DNA of 64,000 nucleotides, taken from assembly GCA_049700835.1 (NCBI GenBank), contig JBNAUL010000002.1, forward strand, positions 142,129 through 206,128. The letters are read 5' to 3'. Origin of the DNA: Candidatus Woesearchaeota archaeon (GTDB lineage Archaea > Nanobdellota > Nanobdellia > Woesearchaeales > WAPY01). The translations under genes were made by a program, and so were the position numbers. Within the stretch, counting starts at the first letter, position 1. Each line of letters opens with the position of its first letter. This document shows positions 18,901 through 28,440 of the stretch, piece after piece. The notes beneath the pieces are model-generated. The model had not been told where the DNA came from. It did no database searches and saw only the letters and a program-made list of their open reading frames with translations.

Positions 18901-19362
18901 TTACTTTTCAAGCGGAATTCCCTTTTCCAAAAATCCTTCTTTGATTATTTCTTCAACTACAAAAAATTCAAGGAAATCATAACTGCAGTCCTTCAGAGCC
19001 CTCTTAAAATCATCGTATGAATTGGCATCATGGAAAATAGCTTCAATATAGTAGTCAAAGTTATCGTTTATTCTGTAAGCATTATTTACATTAGTCTCGT
19101 CAAGCAGTTTCAACAGTTCAGCCCTATTTTCCTTCTTTGCCTTTATCAGAAAAACAACATTAAACTTGAAACCAAGTTTTGAGAAATTTACAATGCAAGA
19201 ATACTTTTTGATAAGTTCTCCGCTCAATTCGTGAACGCTCTTTATCAGCGTGGAAACAGTTAAGCCTGTGTTCTTTGAAATTTCAAGGAAACTCATCCTT
19301 GCATTTCTCCTCAAAGCACTCAAAACGAGCAATTCCTTTTTAACCCTACTTATCCTTTTCAT
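18901..19362 (-). CDS. Lrp/AsnC-family transcriptional regulator
   Basis: HTH (MSFLEISKNTGLTVSTLIKSVHEL) plus a C-terminal RAM-like domain. Confidence 0.8.
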   Translation of the reverse strand: MKRISRVKKELLVLSALRRNARMSFLEISKNTGLTVSTLIKSVHELSGELIKKYSCIVNFSKLGFKFNVVFLIKAKKENRAELLKLLDETNVNNAYRINDNFDYYIEAIFHDANSYDDFKRALKDCSYDFLEFFVVEEIIKEGFLEKGIPLEK

Positions 19363-19677
19363 TTTAACCTAGAATATTTTACTAATCTGCTTTTTAAAAG
19401 CTTTAAACAAAAAAAATCGGAAGAATTGCGAGAGTTTTTGATAACAAAACTTTTTCTGCTTTAAACAATATTTATACTTTTATTTTTTCTTTTTCTTTCA
19501 TTCTAAAACTCATTCAAAATAAAGATTGATTTAAGGAAAGACATCGGCAAATTGAATATAAATTGGTGTTAATATTTTTCATACAAGTTGTCATATGAGA
19601 AAAAAGAAGATTAAGACAAGTTTTAGACATAGAGTAATGCCTGCAACTCAACAGATTACAAAACAAAAAAAGCAAAC

Positions 19678-19687
19678 TTTATAAATA
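19678..19687 (+). promoter_or_regulatory. consensus TATA box TTTATAAATA
   Basis: Same decamer as at 43546. The predicted TSS near 19710 falls at the start of a locally GC-rich segment. Confidence 0.35.
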
Positions 19688-19822
19688 AGCGCTTTTTTAC
19701 CAAAACCAAGGATAAGCCGGTCCTGAAAAACCTTAATGTTAAAAGGGCTTGCTTATGCCAGGGCTTAAACAAAATATTCTGCTCTGGTTTTTATAACTAA
19801 AAAATATTAGGAGAGGTGTTTT

Positions 19823-20275
19823 ATGGCAAGAATGTATTCAAGAGCAAGAGGAAAGGCAGGTTCAAAAAAGCCTTCAAAATCAAGTTTGAGTTGGATAAGG
19901 TACAAACCAAAGGAGATTGAACTTTTGGTTGTTAAGTTGGCAAAACAAGGAGAAAGTTGTGCAAAGATAGGATTAATTCTAAGGGATACTTATGGAATTC
20001 CTTCAACAAAGGTTGTGTGCGGAAAGAGCATACTGCAGATATTGAAAGAAAAGAACATTGCTCCTGAAATACCAGAAGACCTTGTTGCGCTCATGAGAAA
20101 ATACCTTCAGGTTAAGAAGCATTTGGAAAATAATAAGCACGATTACACTGCAAAGAGAGGACTTCAAATAACAGAATCAAAGATTTTCAAGCTGATAAGA
20201 TACTATAAATCTGTTGGAAAACTTCCTGCTAACTGGAATTTTGATGTAAACAAGATAAAGGTTTACACCCAATAA
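19823..20275 (+). CDS. rps15: 30S ribosomal protein S15 (uS15/S13e)
   Basis: MARMYSRARGKAGSKKPS... SD GGAGAGGTG at 19810-19818. Confidence 0.95.
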   Translation: MARMYSRARGKAGSKKPSKSSLSWIRYKPKEIELLVVKLAKQGESCAKIGLILRDTYGIPSTKVVCGKSILQILKEKNIAPEIPEDLVALMRKYLQVKKHLENNKHDYTAKRGLQITESKIFKLIRYYKSVGKLPANWNFDVNKIKVYTQ

Positions 20276-20298
20276 TTTTTGGTTGTTTCGGTGGTTTA

Positions 20299-21786
20299 AT
20301 GGATGCTGCAATTCAAAAGAGAGAATCAGAGGATTCTGCTGATTTTAAAATATTAAATTTCAAGAAATCCTGCAGAGAAATTGCCGAGGAGTTCAGGAAA
20401 ATCCCTAAACAGGAAAACATAAGAGTTGTTTCTCATTTGGATGCTGACGGAATTTCTTCTGCTGCGCTTATAGTTAAAGCGTTAAACAGGGAGAACAGGC
20501 CATATTCAATTACAATATTGCAGCAGATAAAAGCAGAGGATGTCAAGAGATTGTCTACAGAGGATGCAAAAAATTTTGTCTTCACTGATTTGGGTTCTAA
20601 TCAGATATCCCAATTTTTGAACTATTTCAACGGAAAGAAGGTTTTCATACTTGACCACCACGAGCCAGAAAAATCAAAAAACGCTTTTGACTATGAATTG
20701 TTGAAGGCAAAGGGAATATTCCATATAAATCCACATCTGTTCTCAATAAACGGCTCAACCCAAATATCTGGTTCAGGGGTGAGTTATTATTTTGTAAAAG
20801 AGCTCAACAAGGAGAATGAGGATTTAGCTCATATTGCTTTAATTGGAACATTAGGGGATATACAAGAACCATCAGGTTCTGCATTGAACTCAGAAATCGT
20901 TGAACTCGCAAAGAAGCACAACAGGATAAGCGTAACAAAAGGATTAAAGGTCTTTGGGGCTCAAACAAAACCTTTGCACATGGCTTTGGTGCAGAGCACA
21001 GAGATTTACATTCCAGGAGTCACTGGTTCTGAATCAGGAGCAATCCAATTCTTAAAACAGATAAACATTGAACCAAAAAAAGGAAACGAGTGGAGAAGGA
21101 TAATTGATTTGAGCGAAGATGAACTGAAGAGGTTGGTTGAAGGAATCATAATGTTGAGGCTGAACGAAGAAAATCCTGAGGACATAATAGGAGATATTTA
21201 TCTATTGAATGATGAAGAAGAGGGCTCGACATTGAAGGATGCAAGAGAATTTGCAACTGTATTGAATGCTTGTGGAAGATTGAACAGGGCTTCGTTAGGG
21301 GTTGGAGCTTGCCTTGGAGACAAGAGATTGAAGAGCATGGCTGTGGAAACATTAAAAGATTACAAGAAAGAACTTGTATCTGCACTAAAATGGTTTGAAC
21401 AGAACAAAAACTCAAACAGCATAATCCAAGAACCAGGATTCATCATAATAAACGCAGAGGATAAAATACTTTCAACAATAATAGGAACCGTTGCTTCGAT
21501 AATCTCAAAATCAAGCATTGTACCAAAGAACACTTTTGTGGTTGCAATGGCTAGAATGATGAATGATTACACAAAGATTTCAATAAGATACTCAGGGAAG
21601 AACTTTGGGGATGAGGATTACAATTTGAGGGAAATAATAGCAAAAGTTATTGACGATTTTGAAGGAGAAGCAGGAGGGCACATAAATGCTGCAGGAGCAT
21701 ACATCCCTGTTAATCAAGAAAATGTCTTTGTGGAGAAACTTAAAGTTGTTTTGAGAAGGTTCTCCTTGGAGGACAAGATAGATTAA
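20299..21786 (+). CDS. RecJ-like DHH/DHHA1 phosphoesterase (GAN/Cdc45-like)
   Basis: DHH motifs SHLDADGISSAA and ILDHHEP, plus C-terminal GGH. Adjacency to rps15 is a conserved archaeal arrangement. Confidence 0.85.
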   Translation: MDAAIQKRESEDSADFKILNFKKSCREIAEEFRKIPKQENIRVVSHLDADGISSAALIVKALNRENRPYSITILQQIKAEDVKRLSTEDAKNFVFTDLGSNQISQFLNYFNGKKVFILDHHEPEKSKNAFDYELLKAKGIFHINPHLFSINGSTQISGSGVSYYFVKELNKENEDLAHIALIGTLGDIQEPSGSALNSEIVELAKKHNRISVTKGLKVFGAQTKPLHMALVQSTEIYIPGVTGSESGAIQFLKQINIEPKKGNEWRRIIDLSEDELKRLVEGIIMLRLNEENPEDIIGDIYLLNDEEEGSTLKDAREFATVLNACGRLNRASLGVGACLGDKRLKSMAVETLKDYKKELVSALKWFEQNKNSNSIIQEPGFIIINAEDKILSTIIGTVASIISKSSIVPKNTFVVAMARMMNDYTKISIRYSGKNFGDEDYNLREIIAKVIDDFEGEAGGHINAAGAYIPVNQENVFVEKLKVVLRRFSLEDKID

Positions 21787-22032
21787 ACCTTTGATGTGCT
21801 AGTAGTTTTGATTTGCAAAAATTTTGCGTTTTATTTTTTAGTTTTAACAAAAAATTTATAAATAAAAAGTTTTTAAAAAAATATAAAAAGATTTAAATAT
21901 TTTAGAAAGTTAATTATGGAAAGGTTATAAAAAAGTAAATATTTATAAATAAGCTAAAAATACTAATCTTGTAAAACAAAAATTTTGATTTTAATTTAAA
22001 GAAATTAAATAAAAACTTGCAAGGGGGTAATC

Positions 22033-22305
22033 ATGGAAAACAAAAAGGTTTTTAACATAATCTTCAGGATAAAACCAGCAATGCTCCTCATTGAGTTAAA
22101 AAATGCAAAATCAGAAATCTATGCTTCTTCTATTGCAAAAACAATAGATTGCACTTATTCCCATGTTGTAAAGATACTTCAAGAGATGCAAAAGGCAGGG
22201 CTTGTTAATTTTGAAAAGCAGGGAAGATTAAAACTTCTAACGCTGACAAAGAAAGGTACAGAGGTTGCTAATTCAATAGAAGCAATAAAAAACATGCTCC
22301 AATAA
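22033..22305 (+). CDS. small winged-helix DNA-binding protein
   Basis: ASSIAKTIDCTYSHVVKILQEMQKAGLVNFEKQGRLKLLTLTKKG. Confidence 0.6.
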   Translation: MENKKVFNIIFRIKPAMLLIELKNAKSEIYASSIAKTIDCTYSHVVKILQEMQKAGLVNFEKQGRLKLLTLTKKGTEVANSIEAIKNMLQ

Positions 22306-22377
22306 ATTCTTAGAGTTTAACTCTTAAAACACTTTAATAAAATTTCATTTAAAAAGTTCTGCGATGATTTTTTTAAA

Positions 22378-23304
22378 TTACTCTATGAATTCTGCATCAT
22401 CAACAATTCCGTCAGAATCATAATCAATGCCTTCAACGATTTTTGCAGGAATCTTTGGATTATAGATGTTGCCTGCAGTTACTTTATCAAAATGTTTTAG
22501 AATTGCAACAATCGCAGCCCTTGTTCCTGAATACCTCTTGCCTGCGATCACAAACACACTAGAATCCTTGTTGTACGGGTTCTTTGCCTTTACTATTATG
22601 CCGTTTTCTTCTCCATAATAGGACTTTCCTGAAATAGAAGAGTAAATATTCCAATTTCCGTCTTTACTGAATTTTACAGGAAGCTTGTCATTTATCTGCT
22701 CGCAAACCCTATTTACTATAGGTCCTCCTATTAAGATCAGGTTGTGTTTTAAATCCTCTTCCTTGACTTCGGTATCTAACTTTACATTCAATCCAGGAAC
22801 ATAGTTCAAAAATGTTCCTAAGAACAATGCTAAATCAATCCCATAGTAACCATCCCTGCTCCTCGCCTTTTCAGGGCCATGAGGGTCAGGGCTTCCAACT
22901 ATTATCCTTGCATTCAATTGCCCATCTTTTATGAAGTCATCAAGAAAATTGCTCTCGCTCCTAAATTGCATTATCTTTTGCGCCTGCTCAAATTCTTTCA
23001 GTTTGAAAAAGAAGGCAGGTTTTTCAACAGCATATACCTTTGCAGTTGAACCTGCAATCTCTTTTGTTTCTGCAACTTTTATTAATCCTGCTCTTTCAAG
23101 ATTTTTTATGTGATAATAAACTTTTTGTTCATGCACTTTTAATTTTTTTGAGATTTCTATTGGGTAACTTGGCTTTTCAGCAATTGCTCTCAGTATTCTT
23201 ATTGCGAGTTCAGAACTAACTGCCTTTATAACTCCTGGTTTTATCTCTTTGGCAGGCAAAGTGCATACAAGATTCTTTTCTTTTTTTACGATAAGCATAT
23301 TCAA
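22378..23304 (-). CDS. ArsR-like wHTH protein with uncharacterised ~200-aa C-terminal domain
   Basis: ELAIRILRAIAEKPSYPIEISKKLKVHEQKVYYHIKNLERAGLI. The C-terminal part contains LILIGGPIVNRV, a motif reminiscent of S-layer-associated domains. Confidence 0.65.
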   Translation of the reverse strand: MNMLIVKKEKNLVCTLPAKEIKPGVIKAVSSELAIRILRAIAEKPSYPIEISKKLKVHEQKVYYHIKNLERAGLIKVAETKEIAGSTAKVYAVEKPAFFFKLKEFEQAQKIMQFRSESNFLDDFIKDGQLNARIIVGSPDPHGPEKARSRDGYYGIDLALFLGTFLNYVPGLNVKLDTEVKEEDLKHNLILIGGPIVNRVCEQINDKLPVKFSKDGNWNIYSSISGKSYYGEENGIIVKAKNPYNKDSSVFVIAGKRYSGTRAAIVAILKHFDKVTAGNIYNPKIPAKIVEGIDYDSDGIVDDAEFIE

Positions 23305-23425
23305 TAAATACGCTTTGTCTTCTTTAAAAAGTTTTCTTTAAGTTTTTTCAAAAACAATTTTGTAAAATAAAAATAAGAATTAATTTTATGTAACATCAAA
23401 ATCCAATTTTAGTTGTAATCATATA

Positions 23426-24787
23426 ATGGTAAAATTTTCAAATAAGAAATCTTATCTTAAGATTATGCAGGAAATAACGATTTATATTGCAAGAGGAATT
23501 TATAAAGAGCAAACAGACAAATTAAAAATTATAGAAGATGAACTGTACTCAGAAACAAAAACAAAGATTAAACTGCTTCCTCAGATAAAAATCGCAAAAA
23601 AAATTTTAAAAGTGAATTTTGAACGATTTTTTAGAATATTTTTAAAGAAAAATTTGATACAAAAGCATTGCATTTGCACGGGATTGGTTTTGTAAAAAAC
23701 GATGCGGATAAGGATTTGATTAAAAATCAGATAAATGTGATTTATAATATAAAGAAAGAGTTGAATTTATAAAAAGTAACTTTGAATGTTCACTTAGAAA
23801 GCGTTCTAAACTATGTAAACAATGGTATTGAAGTTAATTTTACAATGGATGATTTCTTGAGAGAAGTTGAGCATTCTAAAAAAGTTGGAAGAACTTGTAA
23901 ATTATTGTTAAGAAAAAGGCGTTGTTCTTTTAATAGAAGCATCAGGATATTTTAATTATAAATTTGTAAAGTCGAGGCAAGAGTTAGAGAAAGAACATCC
24001 TGATTATGTTTATGATAAAAGACAACTTCCTTGGAGTTGGATTCCTGAGATAAGTCAGCAAGGAGATTTCTTAGGAAGTTTTGAATATCATAAATACTTT
24101 TTAGAGCAAATAAAAAAACAAAATGTTGGCATAACTTTAGATTTAGGACACATAGTAAAAACAATACTTTACTCTAAAATATTCAATAAGCATAACATTG
24201 ATAAAAAATTCAAGAATTTAGAATGCTTTGAAGATGTCTTTAAAAGATTAGGGCTCGTTCAAAAAAAGGGCAATAGTTACTTTGTTAGGTACAAGAAAGA
24301 AGATAATGTTGTGTTCGAAGTTAATGAGAATTTTAAAGTTGATGAATTTTGTTTTTACATGGAAAAAGGCAAGCCGATTGTTTTTGATAAAGAGTTAAAA
24401 TTTAAGGATTTTTATTCTGAATATGTAAAGTTACTTCATCTGCACATCGAGACAGGAGCTGCTATTTACGATTTAATATTAATTGACAATAATTTACAAG
24501 AAGTGAAGAAGATACCTACTCATGCGCCCTTCATAGAGAACATTATTGATAGAGATGATTGGATTATTAACAATTTACGAAGGAAAGAACACTCTAAATT
24601 ACAGTTAGATTTGATTAAAGAAACCAAAAAAGATTTAGGAGATAAATTAAAGGAACATGATATTGTAATAGAGATAAATGTTCCTGAAAAAAATAAGTTT
24701 GGTCCTGCTTATACAGGAGAAACTTACCGAAAATACATGCTTGAATCATTAAAAACAATAATCAAAATGATTTATTCTAATTTCTAA
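23426..24787 (+). pseudogene. decayed gene, tentatively a metal-dependent TIM-barrel (xylose-isomerase/AP-endonuclease-2-like) protein
   Basis: Motifs ALHLHG, VVLLIEASGY, GITLDLGH and LLHLHIETG are spread over three frames. Frameshifts lie near 23640 and 23880, and in-frame TAA codons at 23770-23772 and 23909-23911. The frame is open from 23912 to 24787. Confidence 0.5.
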
Positions 24788-24908
24788 ATTTTTGTAAAGA
24801 ATAAAAAATTCCTGTTTAAACTTTAACATAATCTTAAAAATAATTTATGAAATTCTTTCGAAAAAGTTACCAAAAGCATTAAAAATTAAAATCAATAAAA
24901 CAATTATC

Positions 24909-25187
24909 ATGAGGTTAATTGCAAATAAAGAAAGAAAAGAATACAGTACAGTTGATGAAGAAACTCAGCTCAAACTCGCGAGAACAACATACCTAATACT
25001 GCTCGGAATAACCCTTTTTTTGTTTTTCTTCCATTTGTTCAAACTCTACGATTTCAGGATTGACAAGTTCTCTTACTTTATCATAACTCTCTTATTTTTA
25101 ATCTTAATTATTCCCTTAATCACATACTTTAAAGCATTCGGAATTGTGGAAGTGAGAAAGGATACAAGGTTCATGGGAAAAAAATAA
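24909..25187 (+). CDS. small membrane protein, hypothetical
   Basis: Two predicted TM segments (LILLGITLFLFFFHLF and FIITLLFLILIIPLI). Confidence 0.45.
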   Translation: MRLIANKERKEYSTVDEETQLKLARTTYLILLGITLFLFFFHLFKLYDFRIDKFSYFIITLLFLILIIPLITYFKAFGIVEVRKDTRFMGKK

Positions 25188-25193
25188 TTTTGA

Positions 25194-26288
25194 TTATTTT
25201 CTCTCGATAACCTGTTTGTCGGTTTTCACTGCATACTCAAATGCTTTTTTAATCTTTAAATAAAATTTCAGTTTTCCTTGGTTTTCTGAATTATGGTGTT
25301 CTTCTAAATAACTTATTTTGTTTTTAATAATTGCTCTCAACTCTGTTTTGTGCTTTTCCATTTCAGAATATGCTGCTTCTGTCAATTCTTTTAGATTTTT
25401 TTCTATTCTATCAAGTTCGTTTTCGTAATCTTTAGCAACATTTTCAAAATTAACAAAATCTGTGTTCAATGAAAAACTCTTGGAATTCAATTTGTGCATA
25501 ATGGCATTAAGTCCGTAACAACACATGTTTATCACAAGAGCAGACTTATAAACTTCCTCTTGCAGATTTTCTTGCAGATTAGTTGATGCTCTGCCAGAAA
25601 TGTTTAGGTTATAATTTAAAGATTTATAAATTTTAAAGTATTTTTCAAGAAGCTCTATCTGCGTCTCCATTTTCCTGCATAAATGCAAATTAAAATTTCT
25701 TTTTTTAATTATGTTGAATATAAGGGATGAAACAGCATTTTGAGAATAACCAACGCCTTTTAATAAATAAGTTATCTGCCAGTCCAAACTTTCTTGCATG
25801 TTAAATCTCAAGAGATTAATCATCTGCAAATTGATGGAGCCATTTAAAGAATTATTAAACTCTTCAGCTTTGCTTATTTCCTCTGCTTCTTCAAGGCATT
25901 TTGCTCTTTTTTCATCCGCTTCAATATTTTTAGAGTTAAGAAAGAATCGCTCTATTAAAAGATTAGGCAAATAATAGCATATGCTGTTGTTTTTTTCGCG
26001 TTCCCTATTCAAATATTTAAAAACCAAATCAAGATTATTGTCAATATTTTCATCAATATTATCATCTATTGTTTTGTTAGAACATCCTAAGCTGTCAACC
26101 AAATTTATTTTATTTTCAACATAATTTTTAAATTCTGAAAAAGGTTCGGCAAAACTCTTAAAATTCTCTTGATTCATTTCTAACCTTAGTTGCAGTTTAT
26201 CGCTTAACGCTTTCAACTGCCTGATATTATAATCCCTGACAAAACATTCAAGCTCTGCTGAGTTGTCCATAATGCTTGTTTTTAACAA
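25194..26288 (-). CDS. hypothetical protein, overlaps the upstream Toprim gene
   Basis: 364-aa ORF with no family recognised. Its 5' end overlaps the Toprim stop by 41 nt, or 23 nt if Met7 is the start. Confidence 0.55.
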   Translation of the reverse strand: MLKTSIMDNSAELECFVRDYNIRQLKALSDKLQLRLEMNQENFKSFAEPFSEFKNYVENKINLVDSLGCSNKTIDDNIDENIDNNLDLVFKYLNREREKNNSICYYLPNLLIERFFLNSKNIEADEKRAKCLEEAEEISKAEEFNNSLNGSINLQMINLLRFNMQESLDWQITYLLKGVGYSQNAVSSLIFNIIKKRNFNLHLCRKMETQIELLEKYFKIYKSLNYNLNISGRASTNLQENLQEEVYKSALVINMCCYGLNAIMHKLNSKSFSLNTDFVNFENVAKDYENELDRIEKNLKELTEAAYSEMEKHKTELRAIIKNKISYLEEHHNSENQGKLKFYLKIKKAFEYAVKTDKQVIERK

Positions 26289-26661
26289 GAAGTTTATTAA
26301 TTTTTCCTTTTGAGTGATAACTTTTTATGAGTTTTTTAATGCCCTCAATGTTTCTCAAGTTCGTGTTTTTTATGATGAAGTTCCTGTATTCATAATTAAC
26401 TCTTACTCCGAACATCTCAAAATCACGCTTCAATCTTCTGTAAAGCTTTCTGCCCTCGTAATCAGTGTCTGTAAGTATTATAACCTCTCTTTCGCTTGAC
26501 AAATCCTCAACAAACTTGTACAAAGGGCCTTTAAGAACAACTAAATTTTTCACTCCGCAACTTTTAAGGGCTTTTTTATCCTTCAACCCCTCTACAATAA
26601 TCTTTGATTTCTCAATTTTAAGACAATATATCCATTCAAGGATCGTTTCCATGCACAACAA
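26248..26661 (-). CDS. small Toprim-domain protein (RNase M5 / small primase-like family)
   Basis: Toprim signature IIVEG...D and LTDTDYEGRKL (E...DxD). Confidence 0.75.
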   Translation of the reverse strand: MLCMETILEWIYCLKIEKSKIIVEGLKDKKALKSCGVKNLVVLKGPLYKFVEDLSSEREVIILTDTDYEGRKLYRRLKRDFEMFGVRVNYEYRNFIIKNTNLRNIEGIKKLIKSYHSKGKINKLLVKNKHYGQLSRA

Positions 26662-26752
26662 TTTAATCTTTATTTCTATTTATATTTTTTTATTTATCAC
26701 TATACAAGAACTCTGATAAGTTTTTTAAATACTTTTGCATTCACAATAAAAC

Positions 26753-28138
26753 ATGCTTGCAATTTCAGACACTCTGAAGTACTATAAGAGGATTGATATT
26801 GAAAGGGAACTAATAAGATTGGCAAAGAACAGGGAGGTTGCCATAAAATACGGAGAAAAGGGTTTTGGCTCAAGACCAGATTCTCTAAAATATGAAAACG
26901 ATGTTTTGGAAGCAGCAAGGAATAGAGCAACAAGCTTTCACGCTTCTGAAGAACTATGGAAAAATCCACTATCGCTTTCCAAGGAGATGAAGCAGTCAGA
27001 GCTAGAAGAACTTAGAATCGGCTGGGACTTGATAATAGACATTGATTGCCATTTTTTGGAGTATTCAAAAATCGCAGCTGACTTAATAATAAATTACTTA
27101 AAAAAATTTGGGGTCAAGAGTTTAAGCTGCAAGTTCTCTGGCAACAAGGGCTTCCACATTGGAATACCGTTTGAGGCGTTTCCAAAAAGAATACAAGGAG
27201 TGGAGACAAGATTGTTGTTCCCTGAAGCTCCGAGAAGAATAGCAATTTACATAAAGGAATTGATAAAAGAAGAACTTGGCTCAAGAATTTTGGTATACGA
27301 AAAAAAGGATTTTAATAGGATAATCTCAAGAGTTGAAAAACCAGCAGAAGAAATAACTTATTATGTCAAGGACGCATTTGGAACAAAGATTCCAAAACTC
27401 AATGTAGAACCTTTCCTGCATTTGGACACAATACTTATATCTCCAAGGCACCTGTTTAGAATGGCTTATTCTCTGCATGAAAAATCAGGTTTAGCTTCAG
27501 TGGTTATTGAACCTGAGAGAGTAATTGAGTTCAATGTTGAGGAAGCAAAACCAGAGAATGTGATAGTATCTAAAAAACCTTTTTTGGACAAGAACTCTGT
27601 TGAAGATGAAGACGCAAAAATACTATTGATACAAGCCCTTGATTTCACTAAAAATATTGATTTTGAGAAAATGGAAAAGGCATTTGTTGAAAGAAACGAA
27701 AGCGAAGAAAAGATTGAATTCAAGGTAGATTCTCCAATATCGCAGGAATTCTTTCCTCCTTGCATAAACAAGATTTTGAACGGGCTTGAAGATGGAAGGA
27801 AAAGAGCTGTCCTAATCCTATTGAATTATCTCTCATCTCTTGGATGGAACCACAAAAGCATAAAAGATCTGCTTTTGGAGTGGAACAAAAAGAACAAGGA
27901 GCCATTGAGAGAAAATTATATAATAAGCCAACTGAACTACCACAAAAAAAATCCTGAAAAGATTCTGCCGCCAAATTGCGACAATGTCAATTACTACAAG
28001 GACTTTGGGGTTTGCAATCCTGATTTTCTCTGCCAAAAAATAAAGAACCCTGTGAATTATTCAATAATAAAACTAAAATCTCTTAAAAAGCAGGAAGAAA
28101 AAATAAAGAGAAAGGGAAGACACAAAAACAAGAAATGA
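26753..28138 (+). CDS. compact DNA primase: PriS catalytic domain fused to a Cys-rich PriL-CTD-like domain
   Basis: PriS motifs LIIDIDCH (DxD), FSGNKGFHIGIP and SPRHLFRMAYSLHEKSG. The C-terminal ~130 aa carry four Cys (PPCINK, PPNCDN, GVCNP, FLCQK). Confidence 0.85.
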   Translation: MLAISDTLKYYKRIDIERELIRLAKNREVAIKYGEKGFGSRPDSLKYENDVLEAARNRATSFHASEELWKNPLSLSKEMKQSELEELRIGWDLIIDIDCHFLEYSKIAADLIINYLKKFGVKSLSCKFSGNKGFHIGIPFEAFPKRIQGVETRLLFPEAPRRIAIYIKELIKEELGSRILVYEKKDFNRIISRVEKPAEEITYYVKDAFGTKIPKLNVEPFLHLDTILISPRHLFRMAYSLHEKSGLASVVIEPERVIEFNVEEAKPENVIVSKKPFLDKNSVEDEDAKILLIQALDFTKNIDFEKMEKAFVERNESEEKIEFKVDSPISQEFFPPCINKILNGLEDGRKRAVLILLNYLSSLGWNHKSIKDLLLEWNKKNKEPLRENYIISQLNYHKKNPEKILPPNCDNVNYYKDFGVCNPDFLCQKIKNPVNYSIIKLKSLKKQEEKIKRKGRHKNKK

Positions 28139-28256
28139 AGAATATAAGAAGATTTTTATTCTTTAAAAGATAAAGAAAAGAAAATTTTTTGTTTGGATAA
28201 AACAGTAAAAATATAAAAATTAATATAAAGCAGGGGAATACATTTTTGCTTTGTTA

Positions 28257-28359
28257 TGGGCCCGCGGAGATTTGAACTCCGGACCGCTCGATAACCAAAA
28301 TTTTTAAAATTTTTATGATTTATCAGTCGAGTGCTCCAACCAGTCTAAGCTACGGGCCC
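28257..28359 (-). tRNA. tRNA-Ile (anticodon GAU) with ~28-nt intron at the canonical 37/38 position
   Basis: Acceptor GGGCCCG/CGGGCCC, D stem GCTT/GAGC, anticodon arm CTCGA-CTGATA[intron]A-TCGAG, T arm CGGAG-TTCAAAT-CTCCG, discriminator A. Confidence 0.85.
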
Positions 28360-28367
28360 TAAAAAAG

Positions 28368-28440
28368 CGCCCCCGGCCAGATTTGAACTGGCGACCTCGC
28401 GGTTAACAGCCGCGCGCTCCAACCACTAAGCTACAGGGGC
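28368..28440 (-). tRNA. tRNA-Asn (anticodon GUU), no intron
   Basis: Acceptor GCCCCTG/CGGGGGC, D stem GCTT/GAGC, anticodon arm CGCGG-CTGTTAA-CCGCG, T arm GCCAG-TTCAAAT-CTGGC. Confidence 0.92.

Noticed and set aside
19595-19684. A 29-codon highly basic ORF (MRKKKIKTSFRHRVMPATQQITKQKKQTL), considered as a possible small ribosomal protein.
   Set aside because: It bears no resemblance to L39e, L40e, L41e or S30e-type sequences that I can recall. Its stop sits inside a consensus TATA box, and there is no SD or promoter at a suitable distance.
23770-23911. In-frame TAA codons as evidence for stop-codon reassignment.
   Set aside because: All long conserved genes (rpoA', gyrA, lhr, RSH, lig and others) terminate normally and contain no internal TAA, TAG or TGA. 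The same locus also has frameshifts, so it is a pseudogene.
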